Shown: positions 20,659-29,991, numbered from the stretch's first letter. The stretch: DNA of 50,627 nucleotides from Dehalococcoidia bacterium (GCA_030740155.1 JASLXV010000030.1:1-50627); one strand, 5' to 3'. Notes: generated from the letters alone by a model not told the origin. Translations and numbers: made by a program.

Positions 20659-20695
20659 CCCTCACCCCCAGCCCCTCTCCCGATGGGAGAGGGGG
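20659..20695. repeat. REP-like palindrome
   Basis: CCCTCACCCCCAGCCCCTCTCCCGATGGGAGAGGGG with a CCCCTCTCCC/GGGAGAGGGG stem. Confidence 0.55.
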
Positions 20696-20786
20696 GCATC
20701 AGTGTTTTCGTCTGCCGGGGGCGTGCCACCGGGGCATGACAACCCGGAATGACAGTGTTGAGTTATTGCCCCGAAAAGGAGTAGAG

Positions 20787-21926
20787 ATGAAGATCATCGC
20801 CGTGGACGCAATCCCCATCGACAGATATCTGTTCGTCGAGGTGCGCACCGATGAAGGAATCACGGGCCTCGGTGAATCGGGAGCCTGGGGATTCCTGGAA
20901 GCGTCGGCCGGCGCCATCAAGGCGTTGGCCCGGTACCTGGTGGGTCAAGACCCCCTCCGTATAGAACACCACTGGCAGTACATGGTTCGCTTCAGCCACT
21001 TTCGAGGCGCCGCGATCATGGGGGCGATAAGCGCCATCGATATCGCGCTGTGGGACATCGCGGGCAAGCACTTCGGGGTGCCGGCCTACCAACTCCTCGG
21101 CGGGAAGACCCGGGACAAGGCACGAGTATACTACCACGTCCGCGGCGACACCAAGGAGAAGCTCATCCAGGGCGTCCGGGACGCCAGAGCCCAGGGTTTC
21201 ACGGCGGTCGGTCACCTGACCCCTTTCCTGGACGACTCCAGGAAGGTCCCGTTCTTCAAGACCCACGTCGACAAGATCAAGGACGCCATCAGGACGGTGG
21301 CCGCCTACCGGGAAGCGGCCGGCGACGAGGTGGACCTGTGCATCGAGATTCACCGCCGTCTCAGCCCCGCGGAAGCCATCGTGCTGGCCCGAGGCATCGA
21401 GGAGTATCACCCCTTCTTCTACGAGGACCCCATCCTGCCCGACAACTTCGATGCCATGGAGCTGGTGGCCAACCACATTGCGATTCCCATCGCCACGGGG
21501 GAACGGTTCCACTCAATCCACGAGTTCGCGATGCTGCTTAAACGGGGAGCGGTCCAGTACGTGCGCCCTGATGTGTGCATGGCCGGAGGCCTGAGCCACG
21601 GCAAGAAGATAGCCGCCATCGCCGAGGCCCATTACGTGGGCGTGGTGCCCCACAATCCCCTGAGCCCGGTCAGTACCGCCGCGTGCCTTCAGCTCGCGGC
21701 GTGCATACCGAACTTCGCCCTTCAAGAGTATCCCACCGGCGAGCACGAGCCTCCCAAGAGTGAGATCGTCAAGACCACAATCAAGCTAGAGAACGGGTAC
21801 CTCATCATCCCAACGGAGCCGGGCATCGGAATCGAGCTGGCCGAGGGAGCCCAGGAGAAGTACCCGCCCAGGCCGCGAGAGGTCCTATCGCGCCTCAACA
21901 TCGATGGCTCCGTCGTCGATCAATAG
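20787..21926 (+). CDS. Galactonate dehydratase-like enolase superfamily enzyme (mandelate racemase subgroup)
   Basis: FVEVRTDEGITGLGE, SAIDIALWDIAGK, IEIH, FYEDP, ATGER, VVPHNP; AAGGAG RBS before ATG 20787. Confidence 0.88.
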   Translation: MKIIAVDAIPIDRYLFVEVRTDEGITGLGESGAWGFLEASAGAIKALARYLVGQDPLRIEHHWQYMVRFSHFRGAAIMGAISAIDIALWDIAGKHFGVPAYQLLGGKTRDKARVYYHVRGDTKEKLIQGVRDARAQGFTAVGHLTPFLDDSRKVPFFKTHVDKIKDAIRTVAAYREAAGDEVDLCIEIHRRLSPAEAIVLARGIEEYHPFFYEDPILPDNFDAMELVANHIAIPIATGERFHSIHEFAMLLKRGAVQYVRPDVCMAGGLSHGKKIAAIAEAHYVGVVPHNPLSPVSTAACLQLAACIPNFALQEYPTGEHEPPKSEIVKTTIKLENGYLIIPTEPGIGIELAEGAQEKYPPRPREVLSRLNIDGSVVDQ

Positions 21927-22021
21927 GCGGGAGCGCCGACGGTCCGGGGCGGCCTTGCCGGTGTACTGTCTTGTGGATAGCTTTACATTGGCAAGATTAG
22001 GCGACATCCCCTCTCCCGCAA

Positions 22022-22090
22022 CCGTCTTTCCGGCGAAGGCCGGAACCCAGAGGTGCGGGGACTGGATCCCGGCTTTCACCGGGATGACGG
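22022..22090. repeat. REP-like palindromic element, copy 1
   Basis: CCGTCTTTCCGGCGAAGGCCGGAACCCAG-N11-CTGGATCCCGGCTTTCACCGGGATGACGG, a long imperfect hairpin. Confidence 0.8.
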
Positions 22091-22151
22091 ATCGGGTACC
22101 GAACTGGGTACGAGACACCAGCCTAGGCGGTCTCCCGCGTCACCCAGACGA

Positions 22152-22220
22152 CCGTCTTTCCGGCGAAGGCCGGAATCCAGTGAAGCGCCGGCTGAGCCCC
22201 GGCCTTCGCCGGGATGACGG
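22152..22220. repeat. REP-like palindromic element, copy 2
   Basis: CCGTCTTTCCGGCGAAGGCCGGAATCCAG-N11-CTGAGCCCCGGCCTTCGCCGGGATGACGG, offset exactly 130 nt from copy 1. Confidence 0.8.
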
Positions 22221-22368
22221 AGCGGGTAGCAACCCATTTACGAGAGACCAGTACTCAATCAAGCTGGTTCTTGAGAAGTATCGGCCAGAATGATAGCTAT
22301 CATCATTGAGTGGACTGAGTTACGGACTCGGGCACAGGCGATATGGTGCGGTCAATGCCGGCTATAAG

Positions 22369-23631
22369 GTGATTGGGGCATCGGGGTTCGTCGCTTTCCG
22401 GTATCGGGAATACCGGCTTTTCTGGCTGGCTGCCGCCCTGTCCAACATCGGCATGTGGGCGCTCACCTACGGCCGCCTGTGGCTGATGCACGAACTCACC
22501 GATTCTCCGCTGATGGTGGGCCTCGTAGCCACCTCCAGCCTCGGACCCGTGCTACTGTTCTCAATATGGGGCGGAGTCGTGGCGGATCAGGTCAATCGCC
22601 TGAAGCTGGTCCGGGTGACCAGGGCGATGTTTGCCGCATTATCGTTGCTGACCGGAATCCTTATCGCGAGCGACGTCATCCAGCCCTGGCACGTGTTTAC
22701 GATCTCGGTGGCGACCGGTATCCTGCTGTCTTTCGACATTCCATCCCGGTCCGCCATGCTGCCGACACTGGTCCCTCAACACCACCTGGCCAGCGGCATC
22801 GCGCTGTACTCAATCGTGTTTGGCGGAGCGGCCATCGTCGGACCGGCCATCCTGGCGCCGCTGGTCGACCTGTGGGGCCTCGAAGGTGTGTTCTTCCTGA
22901 TCGGCGCCGCCTATGCCCTGACCGTCGTGGCGCTGGCGTTCATGAACCCCCACGGCCACCGGCCGGAGAAGCGTCCCGCGACGGTGCTGCAGGGCCTGAC
23001 AGAAGGGTGCGGATATCTGCGCCGCAATCCAATCATCACCGGGGTCATCGCCCTTGGCGTGATAGCCGGCATCTTCGGCAACTCCTTCGAAGCGCTCCTA
23101 CCCGTGTATTCGGACAAGATTCTTTCCGGAGATATCGACACCTACAGCCGGCTACTACTCTCCGCGGGTATAGGCGGGCTTGCCGCCACGATGATCGTCG
23201 CGGTCCTTGGCGTTCAGGTGCATCCGGCAAGGTTCCTGGTCGTCGCCGGGTTCGGCTCCGGCCTGGGATTGCTGGTGCTCTCGCGGCTCGCCTGGTTCCC
23301 GGGCGCCGCGGTCAGCATCGGCCTGATCGGCGCGTTCCAGGTGGTCTTCAACATCATGGGCATCACCGTGATACAGATCCTCACGGCGGACGAATTCCGG
23401 GGCCGGGTCATGAGCATCCACCAGTTCACCTGGGGCGCCACTGCCCTCGGCGGGCTGTTGATGGGGGGAATGGGGGAAACGGTGGGAGTGCCCGCCGCCC
23501 TCGGTCTCGGCGGCCTGGTGGTTGCCGCCGCGACGGTGGTGGTGGCGTTGACTACCCTTCGACAACTCCTGGCCCGTAGCAGCGAGCCCCCTGCCGAATC
23601 CATTCCTTCGGGGCGCCCGGATAGAGCGTAG
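22369..23631 (+). CDS. MFS transporter (H+ antiporter/MFS_3-like); start uncertain
   Basis: FRYREYRLFW, GGVVADQVNR, DIPSRSAMLPTLV, DEFRGRVMS; about 12 TM segments. Confidence 0.9.
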   Translation: MIGASGFVAFRYREYRLFWLAAALSNIGMWALTYGRLWLMHELTDSPLMVGLVATSSLGPVLLFSIWGGVVADQVNRLKLVRVTRAMFAALSLLTGILIASDVIQPWHVFTISVATGILLSFDIPSRSAMLPTLVPQHHLASGIALYSIVFGGAAIVGPAILAPLVDLWGLEGVFFLIGAAYALTVVALAFMNPHGHRPEKRPATVLQGLTEGCGYLRRNPIITGVIALGVIAGIFGNSFEALLPVYSDKILSGDIDTYSRLLLSAGIGGLAATMIVAVLGVQVHPARFLVVAGFGSGLGLLVLSRLAWFPGAAVSIGLIGAFQVVFNIMGITVIQILTADEFRGRVMSIHQFTWGATALGGLLMGGMGETVGVPAALGLGGLVVAAATVVVALTTLRQLLARSSEPPAESIPSGRPDRA

Positions 23632-23811
23632 AGCGTCAGCGACAATAAGACCGGCAGGGGGCCCGGAGGATATTGAAACCCTCTCCCAGACGGCAAACCC
23701 CACTGGAATCCTTCCAATATCTCCAAAATGGACGATTGTTGCGCCGCCGGTCTACAATGCGTTACCCTCTGAGGACGAGCCGCCGCCATCTGAACAGGAG
23801 ACCAATCTCCG

Positions 23812-25521
23812 GTGAGTGCTTGGATCGGCTACCTGGGTCCGGCGAATGCAGGAGAACTGCGGGGGGTTCTGGGCGCCGGCGCCCAAAGTGATGCCGGCGA
23901 CAATGGCACGAGCCATGATACCCGGTGTTACTCGCGGGAAGGCTTCGGGCTCGGGATTACCGGCGGCGCCGGTGAACCCGCCGAGCTTGCCACGGGTCCC
24001 CCCGGAACTGTCACCGCACGAGTAGGTTCTGACGCTGAAGCCGGATGCTCGGCTTCATTCAACTTCAAATTCGACGGCAACAGCGACCCCAACGGCACGA
24101 CGATTACCCTCGCGTGCGACCCCTTTGGATTTCACGAGGTATTCATCGCGCGCGTGGGCTCTGTTCTCTGGTTCGCCTCCGACCTGCGGCTGATGCAAAG
24201 GCATCCGGATATCCCGAAAGTGCTGAGCCCCCAAGCGATACACGGTTACCTTTGCTTTTCCTACGTACCGACCCCGCTCGCGATTGTCGATGGTATCGAA
24301 AAGCTCCCCTCCGGAAGCCGAAGGAGATTTTGCGCCTCCGGTGAGGGGAGATCAGATGGCTCGGCTAACTGGCATGAGCATCAGCATCAGAACATCGATC
24401 AGGAAGAGGCCGTCATTACCTTGCGCGGTCTGCTCCGAGACTCGGTTGCCCGCCGATTGGGCGATGAGCGGGAAGTCGGAGTGTTTCTATCCGGTGGATT
24501 GGACAGCAGCCTCATCGCTGCGTTACTGGTTGACCTCGGTGTGAAGGTCCACCTTTATACACTCGACTTCGGACCTCCTTTTGATGTGGAACTGCCTGTG
24601 GCCAAACAGGTGGCGACGCATTTGGGACGGGAATTGAACATCGTGCCGGCGCACCCCGCTCAAATAGAGGCAGCGTTGGCCCCGACGGCGGCTGCCCTGT
24701 CCCAGCCTTTTGGCGACGGTGTCACCGTCCCGATATTCTTGCTCGGACAGGAAGCCGCCGGGCGAGCGGGCACGATATTCAATGGCGAAGGAGGAGATCA
24801 GCTTCTTGGTGGCTGGACCAGCAAGCCCATGATTGCCGCGGAACTCTACGGGGGAACTGGCTAAGACCGGGAGCAAGCTTATCTTAACACCTACCATCGC
24901 TTCTTTGGCCTCACAGACCAAATGTACACCGAGCAGGCGCACCGCATGGCCGGGCCGGCCGACCCGGGCCATTGGGTAAGGGACGCGCTGAACGCTGAGG
25001 GATTCTCAACCCTGCTACACCGTTTGCGGGCGGTCAATTTGTGGCTGAAGGGGGCACAGAACATCCTTCCCCGCGCCACACTGTTGGCTGATGCCCACGG
25101 CCTTCGGGTGCACTCGCCATTTTTCGACCGGGCTCTCACCGAGTGGACTTTCGGCCTGCCATCGGGATTGCTGCTCCAGGGTGCGTGCGAGAAGTATCTG
25201 CTCAAGAAGGCCGCCGAACCGTACCTTCCTCCGGAGGTGGTCTGGCGGGAAAAGCGCGGCATGGGCGTGCCCACGACCCAGTGGTGCCTTGGGCCATTGA
25301 AGCGAGAGTTAAAGCGCAGGCTGTCGCCCAGTCGCCTAAAGCGGGACGGATGGTTCAATCCGGCGACCATCAAAGAGCTGCGCCGGGGGAACGATGAGCC
25401 GGGGCAATACCGGTACCGGCGCGTGGGCGAGAAGCTAAGGGCGCTCTTGATGCTGCACACCTGGCTAGATACGCGGGAGAAGCCAGTCTCCTGGCCGTCC
25501 TCCGGCTCGAATGGAGGTTAA
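23812..25521 (+). pseudogene. Asparagine synthetase-like ATP pyrophosphatase no. 1, interrupted by an in-frame TAA at 24862-24864
   Basis: FLSGGLDSS PP-loop, NGEGGDQLLGG, then ELYGGTG*DREQAYLNTY continues in frame into SPFFD, EKYLLK, REKRGM. ORFs 23812..24864 and 24922..25521 share one frame. Confidence 0.85.
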
Positions 25522-25523
25522 TC

Positions 25524-26627
25524 ATGAAGTGCGTACACTGCGACCACGTCACGAAATACCCGGCACGTAGTGCTAACGGCGGGCAATGCGAAAAGTGTAA
25601 ACACAGATTCGGCTTTGAGCCCAAGACCGACCAGTACAAGATAGGAGACCCGTTTTTTGATCGTGCCATCCAGAACGTCTCTTCAGAGAACACCGTGTTT
25701 TTCACCCCACGTCAGTTGTGGTACGAGGTTGAGCGCCGCTTGCGGCGCCGGCGATTGAACGACGCCGGTGGAGTGTTTTACGGAATGGCGGTCGTTGCGG
25801 CTATTACAAGCGGGTTCATTGCCTTGGGGTCGTCGAGCGTTATCCCCTTCCTCGTTGGCCTTGGGGCGGCGGCCCTGCTGGTAGGTGCCGGGGTAGCTGT
25901 CAGCAGCATTTCGAAGCGCCGCACACCCCGTCCAGAGATGACGTATCCGACTTTTCGCGATTCCTACCAACGAACCTGGGAGCGCGCGCACGGCGTGATA
26001 GAGAAAATGGTGCCCCCCAACGGTGAACAGGCACTTCAGGCTCACGAGATTGATCCCGATACCACCTCTTGCAGTTTCGATAGAGCCTTGGCAACGGATA
26101 ACGCCGAGATTGCCGCGATGCTGGTGGCCAACAACTTCCACTTTGAGAACAACTGTGCCGTCCTCAGCGTGGACGGCTATCCCTTCGGGATCAAAGATAC
26201 GGTAATGACCATGCTTCGCCGGAACCCTGACCTCCAGGTGTTTGCTCTACACGATGCCTCGGCAGAAGGCTCCGCGCTTCCGCTGACGCTACGAAGTGAA
26301 GAGTGGTTTCCGGATACCAACGTGAAGGTCCTAGACCTGGGACTGAGCCCACGGCACGCCAAGGCCATGAGACTCTTCACAATTAGTGGTACGGAGCAAT
26401 ATCCTCCACCCGAGGTGCGGGAAGTGCTGACGGAGGTCGAATTGGCCTGGCTTCAGAAGGGATTGGTCGCGGAGGTTGCGGTGTTGCGACCGGCCCGCCT
26501 CATTCGGGCCATATACCAAGGTTTCGGCCGAGGGGCGGAGTTGGATACTTCCCAGGGCGGGCAAGAGTACGCGATGAGCGGCGGGTACTACCCAATATAT
26601 TTCGGCGACGACGACAGCTTCGGATAG
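25524..26627 (+). CDS. Uncharacterised membrane protein: Zn ribbon + TxRxxxY motif + 2 TM + Toprim-like domain
   Basis: CVHC...CEKC; FTPRQLWY; two hydrophobic helices; NCAVLSVDGYP...VFALHDASAEG...LDLGLSP; GGAGG RBS; 2-3 nt from both neighbouring genes. Confidence 0.8.
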   Translation: MKCVHCDHVTKYPARSANGGQCEKCKHRFGFEPKTDQYKIGDPFFDRAIQNVSSENTVFFTPRQLWYEVERRLRRRRLNDAGGVFYGMAVVAAITSGFIALGSSSVIPFLVGLGAAALLVGAGVAVSSISKRRTPRPEMTYPTFRDSYQRTWERAHGVIEKMVPPNGEQALQAHEIDPDTTSCSFDRALATDNAEIAAMLVANNFHFENNCAVLSVDGYPFGIKDTVMTMLRRNPDLQVFALHDASAEGSALPLTLRSEEWFPDTNVKVLDLGLSPRHAKAMRLFTISGTEQYPPPEVREVLTEVELAWLQKGLVAEVAVLRPARLIRAIYQGFGRGAELDTSQGGQEYAMSGGYYPIYFGDDDSFG

Positions 26628-26630
26628 GCC

Positions 26631-28310
26631 ATGAGTGGTTTTGTTGGAATACTCGGGGGAAGCGAGTCCGCTCACGAGCTGGCTTCGTTCGGCGCCGAGC
26701 CAACCTGGCACGACGGGACAGTGGCGTTCGCCAGTGCACCCGATTGGACCGACTCGACCGGGACCGTCGTGGCGAGCGGTGAGGTCATTCTGGATAATGC
26801 TGAGGAATTGCGCCGGAAACTGGAATCGCCCGGTTCTGAAGATGGCCAATTGCTCGCCGAGTTGTACCTACGCTACGGGGAGAATACCGGCCGTCACGCC
26901 TTGGGAATGTTCTCCGTCGCCATCTGTGATTCTCGAGCGAATCAACTGGTCTTGTTGCGCGACGGCGTCGGGGCCCGGACCATGTACTACGCCACCGATG
27001 GCCGTCGTTGGTGGTTTGGGTCCCGGTTGCGGGCGGTGCGCGCATTGGCCAGGGTGCCGAAGGACATTTCTCTAACGGCGCTCCGGAATTACCTGACTTT
27101 CGCCTTCGTGCCCGGTAGTGAAACCATGTGGCAGAGCATCTCCGAGCTGAGACCCGGCGTGGCGCTTCGGATACCATCGGGAGAGTTGCGGCCCTATTGG
27201 GAGCCGGAGGAAAGGGTACCGTATCCTCTCGATTCCATCGACGGCCACGCCCTGAGGCTGAGGCCTCTATTGGAGGAAAGCGTCCGGGTACGGCTGCCCA
27301 ACTCGGGGCCGGTCGGCATCTACCTCTCCGGCGGGCTGGACAGCAGCCTGGTCACCGCTTTGGCGGCGCGTGACGCTCCCGGGCCAATACACACCTACGC
27401 CATCAATTTCGGCTCCAAGTATCCGAATGAACTCCCGTTTTCCCAGATGGTGGCAGAGCACTGTGGTACACATCATCACGTTCTGACGGTGACTGAAAAG
27501 CAAATTCAAGAAGCGTTCTGGGAAACGACGGGTGAACTGGATGATCCAATCGGCGACCCCTTGACGGTCCCGAATTGCCTCCTCGGGAAGATAGCATCGC
27601 AGGACACCCAGATTATTCTCAACGGAGAGGGTGGGGACCCCTGCTTCGGTGGGCCGAAGAACCTGCCAATGCTGCTCAACGAGTTGTATGGGCCTGAAGG
27701 AGGCCAATCGGCAGCTTACTTACGCTCGTACCAGAAGTGCTTCGACGATCTGCCGCGGCTCTTGAACGGGGATATCCGATCGGCGTTGGAACAATTGCCG
27801 CCCCAGGAAGAGATACTCGCTCCCTTCCTGACCAACCGGCAGATGCCTCAATACCTGAACCGGTTGATGCACATCAATGTTCGTCTGAAGGGCGCCGACC
27901 ATATCCTGACCAAAGTTAGTAACCTCACGTCGGCGAATGGGTTGATCGGACGTTCACCCTTGTTCGACCGGCGTATTGTCGAGGCCGGCTTCCAAATTCC
28001 CCCGGTTCATAAGCTGGCAGGCACCACGGAAAAGGCGGTTCTCAAGAGGGCCGTGGCCGATCTATTGCCTGAGCCGATTTTGACCCGTCCCAAAAGCGGG
28101 ATGCTGGTACCGGTGCAGGCCTGGTTCAAACACGGATTACGAAGATTCGCTCGCCAAACGCTCCTCGATCGCAAGGCTCGCGTCCGGCCTTACATCGACC
28201 AAGGTGTGGTGAAGGAATGGCTGCAATACCGAGGCAATCTATGGCCTCGGCACGGGGTTAAGATTTGGCTGGTCCTTGCCTTGGAAGTGTGGGTAAGGAT
28301 TCACGAATAA
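26631..28310 (+). CDS. Asparagine synthetase-like ATP pyrophosphatase no. 2 (intact)
   Basis: Ntn-like N-domain (GMFSVAI...LLRDGVGARTMYY) starting MSGFVG; YLSGGLDSS, NGEGGDPCFGG, SPLFD, EKAVLK, RPKSGM. Confidence 0.9.
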   Translation: MSGFVGILGGSESAHELASFGAEPTWHDGTVAFASAPDWTDSTGTVVASGEVILDNAEELRRKLESPGSEDGQLLAELYLRYGENTGRHALGMFSVAICDSRANQLVLLRDGVGARTMYYATDGRRWWFGSRLRAVRALARVPKDISLTALRNYLTFAFVPGSETMWQSISELRPGVALRIPSGELRPYWEPEERVPYPLDSIDGHALRLRPLLEESVRVRLPNSGPVGIYLSGGLDSSLVTALAARDAPGPIHTYAINFGSKYPNELPFSQMVAEHCGTHHHVLTVTEKQIQEAFWETTGELDDPIGDPLTVPNCLLGKIASQDTQIILNGEGGDPCFGGPKNLPMLLNELYGPEGGQSAAYLRSYQKCFDDLPRLLNGDIRSALEQLPPQEEILAPFLTNRQMPQYLNRLMHINVRLKGADHILTKVSNLTSANGLIGRSPLFDRRIVEAGFQIPPVHKLAGTTEKAVLKRAVADLLPEPILTRPKSGMLVPVQAWFKHGLRRFARQTLLDRKARVRPYIDQGVVKEWLQYRGNLWPRHGVKIWLVLALEVWVRIHE

Positions 28311-28404
28311 GGGCCGGCACCCCAAGGCCGGTTATCGAAACTACCGGGGTATTTGACTCAGGCCCTGTATCGAAATTAGCACCCGGATTTGCTAGGATCG
28401 ATTA

Positions 28405-29991
28405 GTGGAGTTCCAAAGACTGGCATTCGGTCTAGTAGTCGCATCTGCTCCTTTGCTCTTTGTCTCATGCTAAGGAGCGCCCACCCAACCGGCTGCGGAG
28501 CCGACAACCGCCTCTGCCGCCGTGCGGCCCACCCAGCCGGCGGTCTCGGCAACCGCCGCGCCGGCTTTGAGGATCAACCCTTCGTCCAGTCCCATGGCAT
28601 CGCCCGCTGCAACAAGTACGCCGGAGCACGCGCCTGCAAGAGGCAATTCGCCAGCTTCAATCGATAGCACCCAACCCCCACCATCGCCTCAGCCGGGCAC
28701 CGCGAATCCTACCGGCGAACCCCACAATGCGGCAACGCAACCGGCCGACAGTACCGGGCAGGCGCAAACCTCTGTATTCTATGAACTGAACGGTTTAACG
28801 CTTGAATATTATTGGCCGCTCGGGGATGGGAGCAATCTCTCCGCGGACGAGACGGAAATACTTGCCTACAACGAAGGCGGCGCGGCCATTGAATTCTTGG
28901 CGCCGCGGATAACGTTCACGGAGAACGGAAGCCCACGGGCGCAATCCAGCGGCACCTGGGAACGGTATCCCTCTCGCTTCAGTTAGGACCGAATCGAATT
29001 CATATCGATCCCGCCCTCCTCCTACCAGGGAGAGCCCTTGCTCTTGCGGCCCGGCGAGAAAGCAAAAATACATTGGCATCTGGAAAGCGTCACCTCGGCA
29101 GTGACCAACCAGTCTATCGCCCTCGACCTCACAGTTATTACCGGTGCCCGTACCGACACCATCACCCAAACCCTCGTCCGGGAATCAGATCGGCCCGGTA
29201 CCAGTACCGGTACCGCCATCGCAACCACGCCCGTTCCCACTTGGCCCGTACCCACTCAGGAACCCCAGGAAACGCCGCCGAGTGCACCCGGTGACACCCA
29301 TGGGGACACATCCGACGCCGCATCAGATGTACGATGGTCGTTCAGCGGGACGGCCTGGTCGCCGACCGGCCCGCCGCCAGATTGCGCGGAGCCCTTCGTC
29401 TTGCGGACACCAGTTGACATAGGTATGGTAACCATGGCGTTGTGGCCCGGCCAGGTACGCGGCGCCTACGTTGCCCATGGCGGGTTCCGCTTTGATGCCG
29501 GCGCCGGCAATAAGGTCACGGTTCGCGCTCCGGCCGGCGCACACTTGGTGCAAGCAAGCCAATACTTGGAGAGCGGCGAGAACCAGTACTTGCTGTTTTT
29601 CTCGGTGCCCTGCGGGTTTTTCTATCGCTTCGATCACGTGATCGTGGTGTCCCCAATAATCTCCGAGGCGCTCAAGGACCTGCCGCCGGCCACCTCCGGG
29701 GACAGCAGAACGACTTATATCAACCCTCCGTTGTGGGTAGAACAAGGAGAAGTCGTCGGTACTTCGGTTGGGATTCCTCCGTCGAATATCTTCGTCGATT
29801 TTGGCCTGTACGACGTGCGCACTCCAAACAACGTCACACCGAACCCGGCCTGGGCTGATATCTATGCCGGCGATAAGGAATTCGGGCACTTCGGAGTATG
29901 CTTCTTTGACTACCTTCCCGGAGACCACGGCGAGTTGATGCGCGCCTTCCCCACCGGGAAAGAAGGTAAAACAAGTGATTATTGCGAGTAG
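28405..29991 (+). pseudogene. Lipoprotein with Pro/Thr-rich linkers and a C-terminal M23/hybrid-motif-like domain; two in-frame stops (TAA 28471-28473, TAG 28984-28986)
   Basis: GTG 28405 gives MEFQRLAFGLVVASAPLLFVSC*GAPTQPA (lipobox-like). One frame continues through ORFs 28522..28986 and 29038..29991 (SRFS*DRIEFISIPP). C-terminal HGGFRFD...VRAPAG...RFDHV...GEVVG. Confidence 0.75.

Noticed and set aside
22022..22220. Possible CRISPR array
   Set aside because: Only two long palindromic units, no repeat-spacer series and no cas genes; better explained as REP-like repeats.
23632..28404. Lasso peptide gene cluster or housekeeping asnB
   Set aside because: No precursor peptide, transglutaminase-like B protein or RRE gene is visible, and both enzymes lack the Cys1 of true AsnB.
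24862..28986. Genome-wide TAA/TAG reassignment
   Set aside because: Neighbouring genes end normally at TAA (25521, 28310) and TAG (26627, 29991).
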